Origin: Paragordius varius
Taxonomy: Eukaryota > Animalia > Nematomorpha
Direction of reading: 5' to 3'
Length of the DNA stretch: 64,000 nucleotides
Assembly: GCA_964247055.1 (NCBI GenBank)
Contig: OZ176053.1
Coordinates: 6,200,001 to 6,264,000 of the forward strand
A program made the translations under genes and the position numbers. Below, piece after piece: positions 63,111 to 64,000 of this stretch; the first letter of the stretch is position 1, and every line of letters begins with the position of its first letter. A model generated the notes under the pieces. The model was not told where the DNA came from. It saw nothing but the letters and a program-made list of their open reading frames with translations, and did not search any database.

Positions 63111-63671
63111 CACTTTACAACACATTTATTTTAATCCTTCGATTCAAATTGGGGTAGTTAAATACCCCAGGCGTGTTTAAAATTAAATTCTTTAAAAAAT
63201 ATGGAAGGAATCGAAGCTATGGCAAAATTTTGCATATATAACATTAATAAACCGAAAGATATAAAAAAATTTATTCAAAAATACTTGATATTTATTTTAA
63301 GATAAAACCGAAAGGTAAAAATTTAGTCAACGTGACATGTTTGTAATGGTAAATTCATAAATAATACAAAATAAACCGCTTTTTCTATTTCTATCAATGT
63401 TAGTGTAATTTAAATAAAAAATTAGTTAAATTTACCCTTAAAATTAAATAAAGACGATGTTTTGAAAAATTTTATAAAATAAAAATGGCGTCGAAGTAGT
63501 TTTATATGGAACTTTTTTTCAAAACAAAATTTTATATAGATATTTTTGCATATTTATATAATATTAGGATAGAAGCATAAAATTAAATTGGGACCATTCC
63601 CTTCAGTAGTTTTTTAATAATCCTAACTCAAATTTAGTTTGGGGTATTTAGACACCCAATGAATCGAAGTG
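63111..63671 (+). mobile_element. piggyBac-type MITE copy
   Basis: TTAA|CACTTTACAACAC ... GAATCGAAGTG|TTAA. Confidence 0.85.
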
Positions 63672-64000
63672 TTAATATATAATTTTAATATCAGCTGTTT
63701 GATTCGATCGTTTTTAAACTTTAAAAGTCACAAAACTGTAAAAATATAAGCTTTTTTTATCTAATACATGACAATGTTTGTTTGATAATTTAATTTTACC
63801 TGAATAACTTTAAAAAATTTATTAATTTACATGATTGAGCTTTGGGATAATAAAATCCCAATATGTCAGCCGAGAAAAAAATGAACGAGTCATCAAATGT
63901 AAATAAATTCACATCGATTAAGTTACACCGCGTGACAAAGAACGCTGTAGCAATATCATAAAAAATTACCTTTTAGAACCCATAAGATATAAATTGTAAA

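Overview
AT-rich (roughly 25% GC by eye) eukaryotic, almost certainly invertebrate animal, genomic DNA. It is intron-containing and densely littered with DNA-transposon relics. By hand-splicing GT-AG junctions with phase checks I reconstruct eight protein-coding genes, several of them invisible or misread in the ORF track. They are: STMP1 (3610-3804) and PET100 (3810-4055), separated by only 5 nt; a SWI5 homolog split by a +1 frame shift at an AAA-TAA-C site (8673-8910); a secreted trypsin-fold protein lacking all three catalytic residues (22688-25198); GPKOW/Spp2 (31905-36293); a CNBP-like protein with 14 CCHC knuckles (36903-39385, minus); an unassigned 3-knuckle gene (43191-46618, minus); and a very large histamine-H1-like GPCR (52742-60698, minus). 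The genome has a class of tiny 24-25 nt introns alongside 60 nt to 4 kb introns. Repeats include a TTAA piggyBac-type MITE family (at least 7 near-full copies), two non-autonomous Helitrons with ~300 bp internal tandem arrays, and two copies of a tail-to-tail hAT composite carrying an antisense transposase arm. There are also hAT MITEs with 8-bp TSDs, a foldback-like element, and mariner and RTE-LINE fragments. No rRNA, tRNA or CRISPR array is supported. All homology calls rest on recalled motifs, not database searches.
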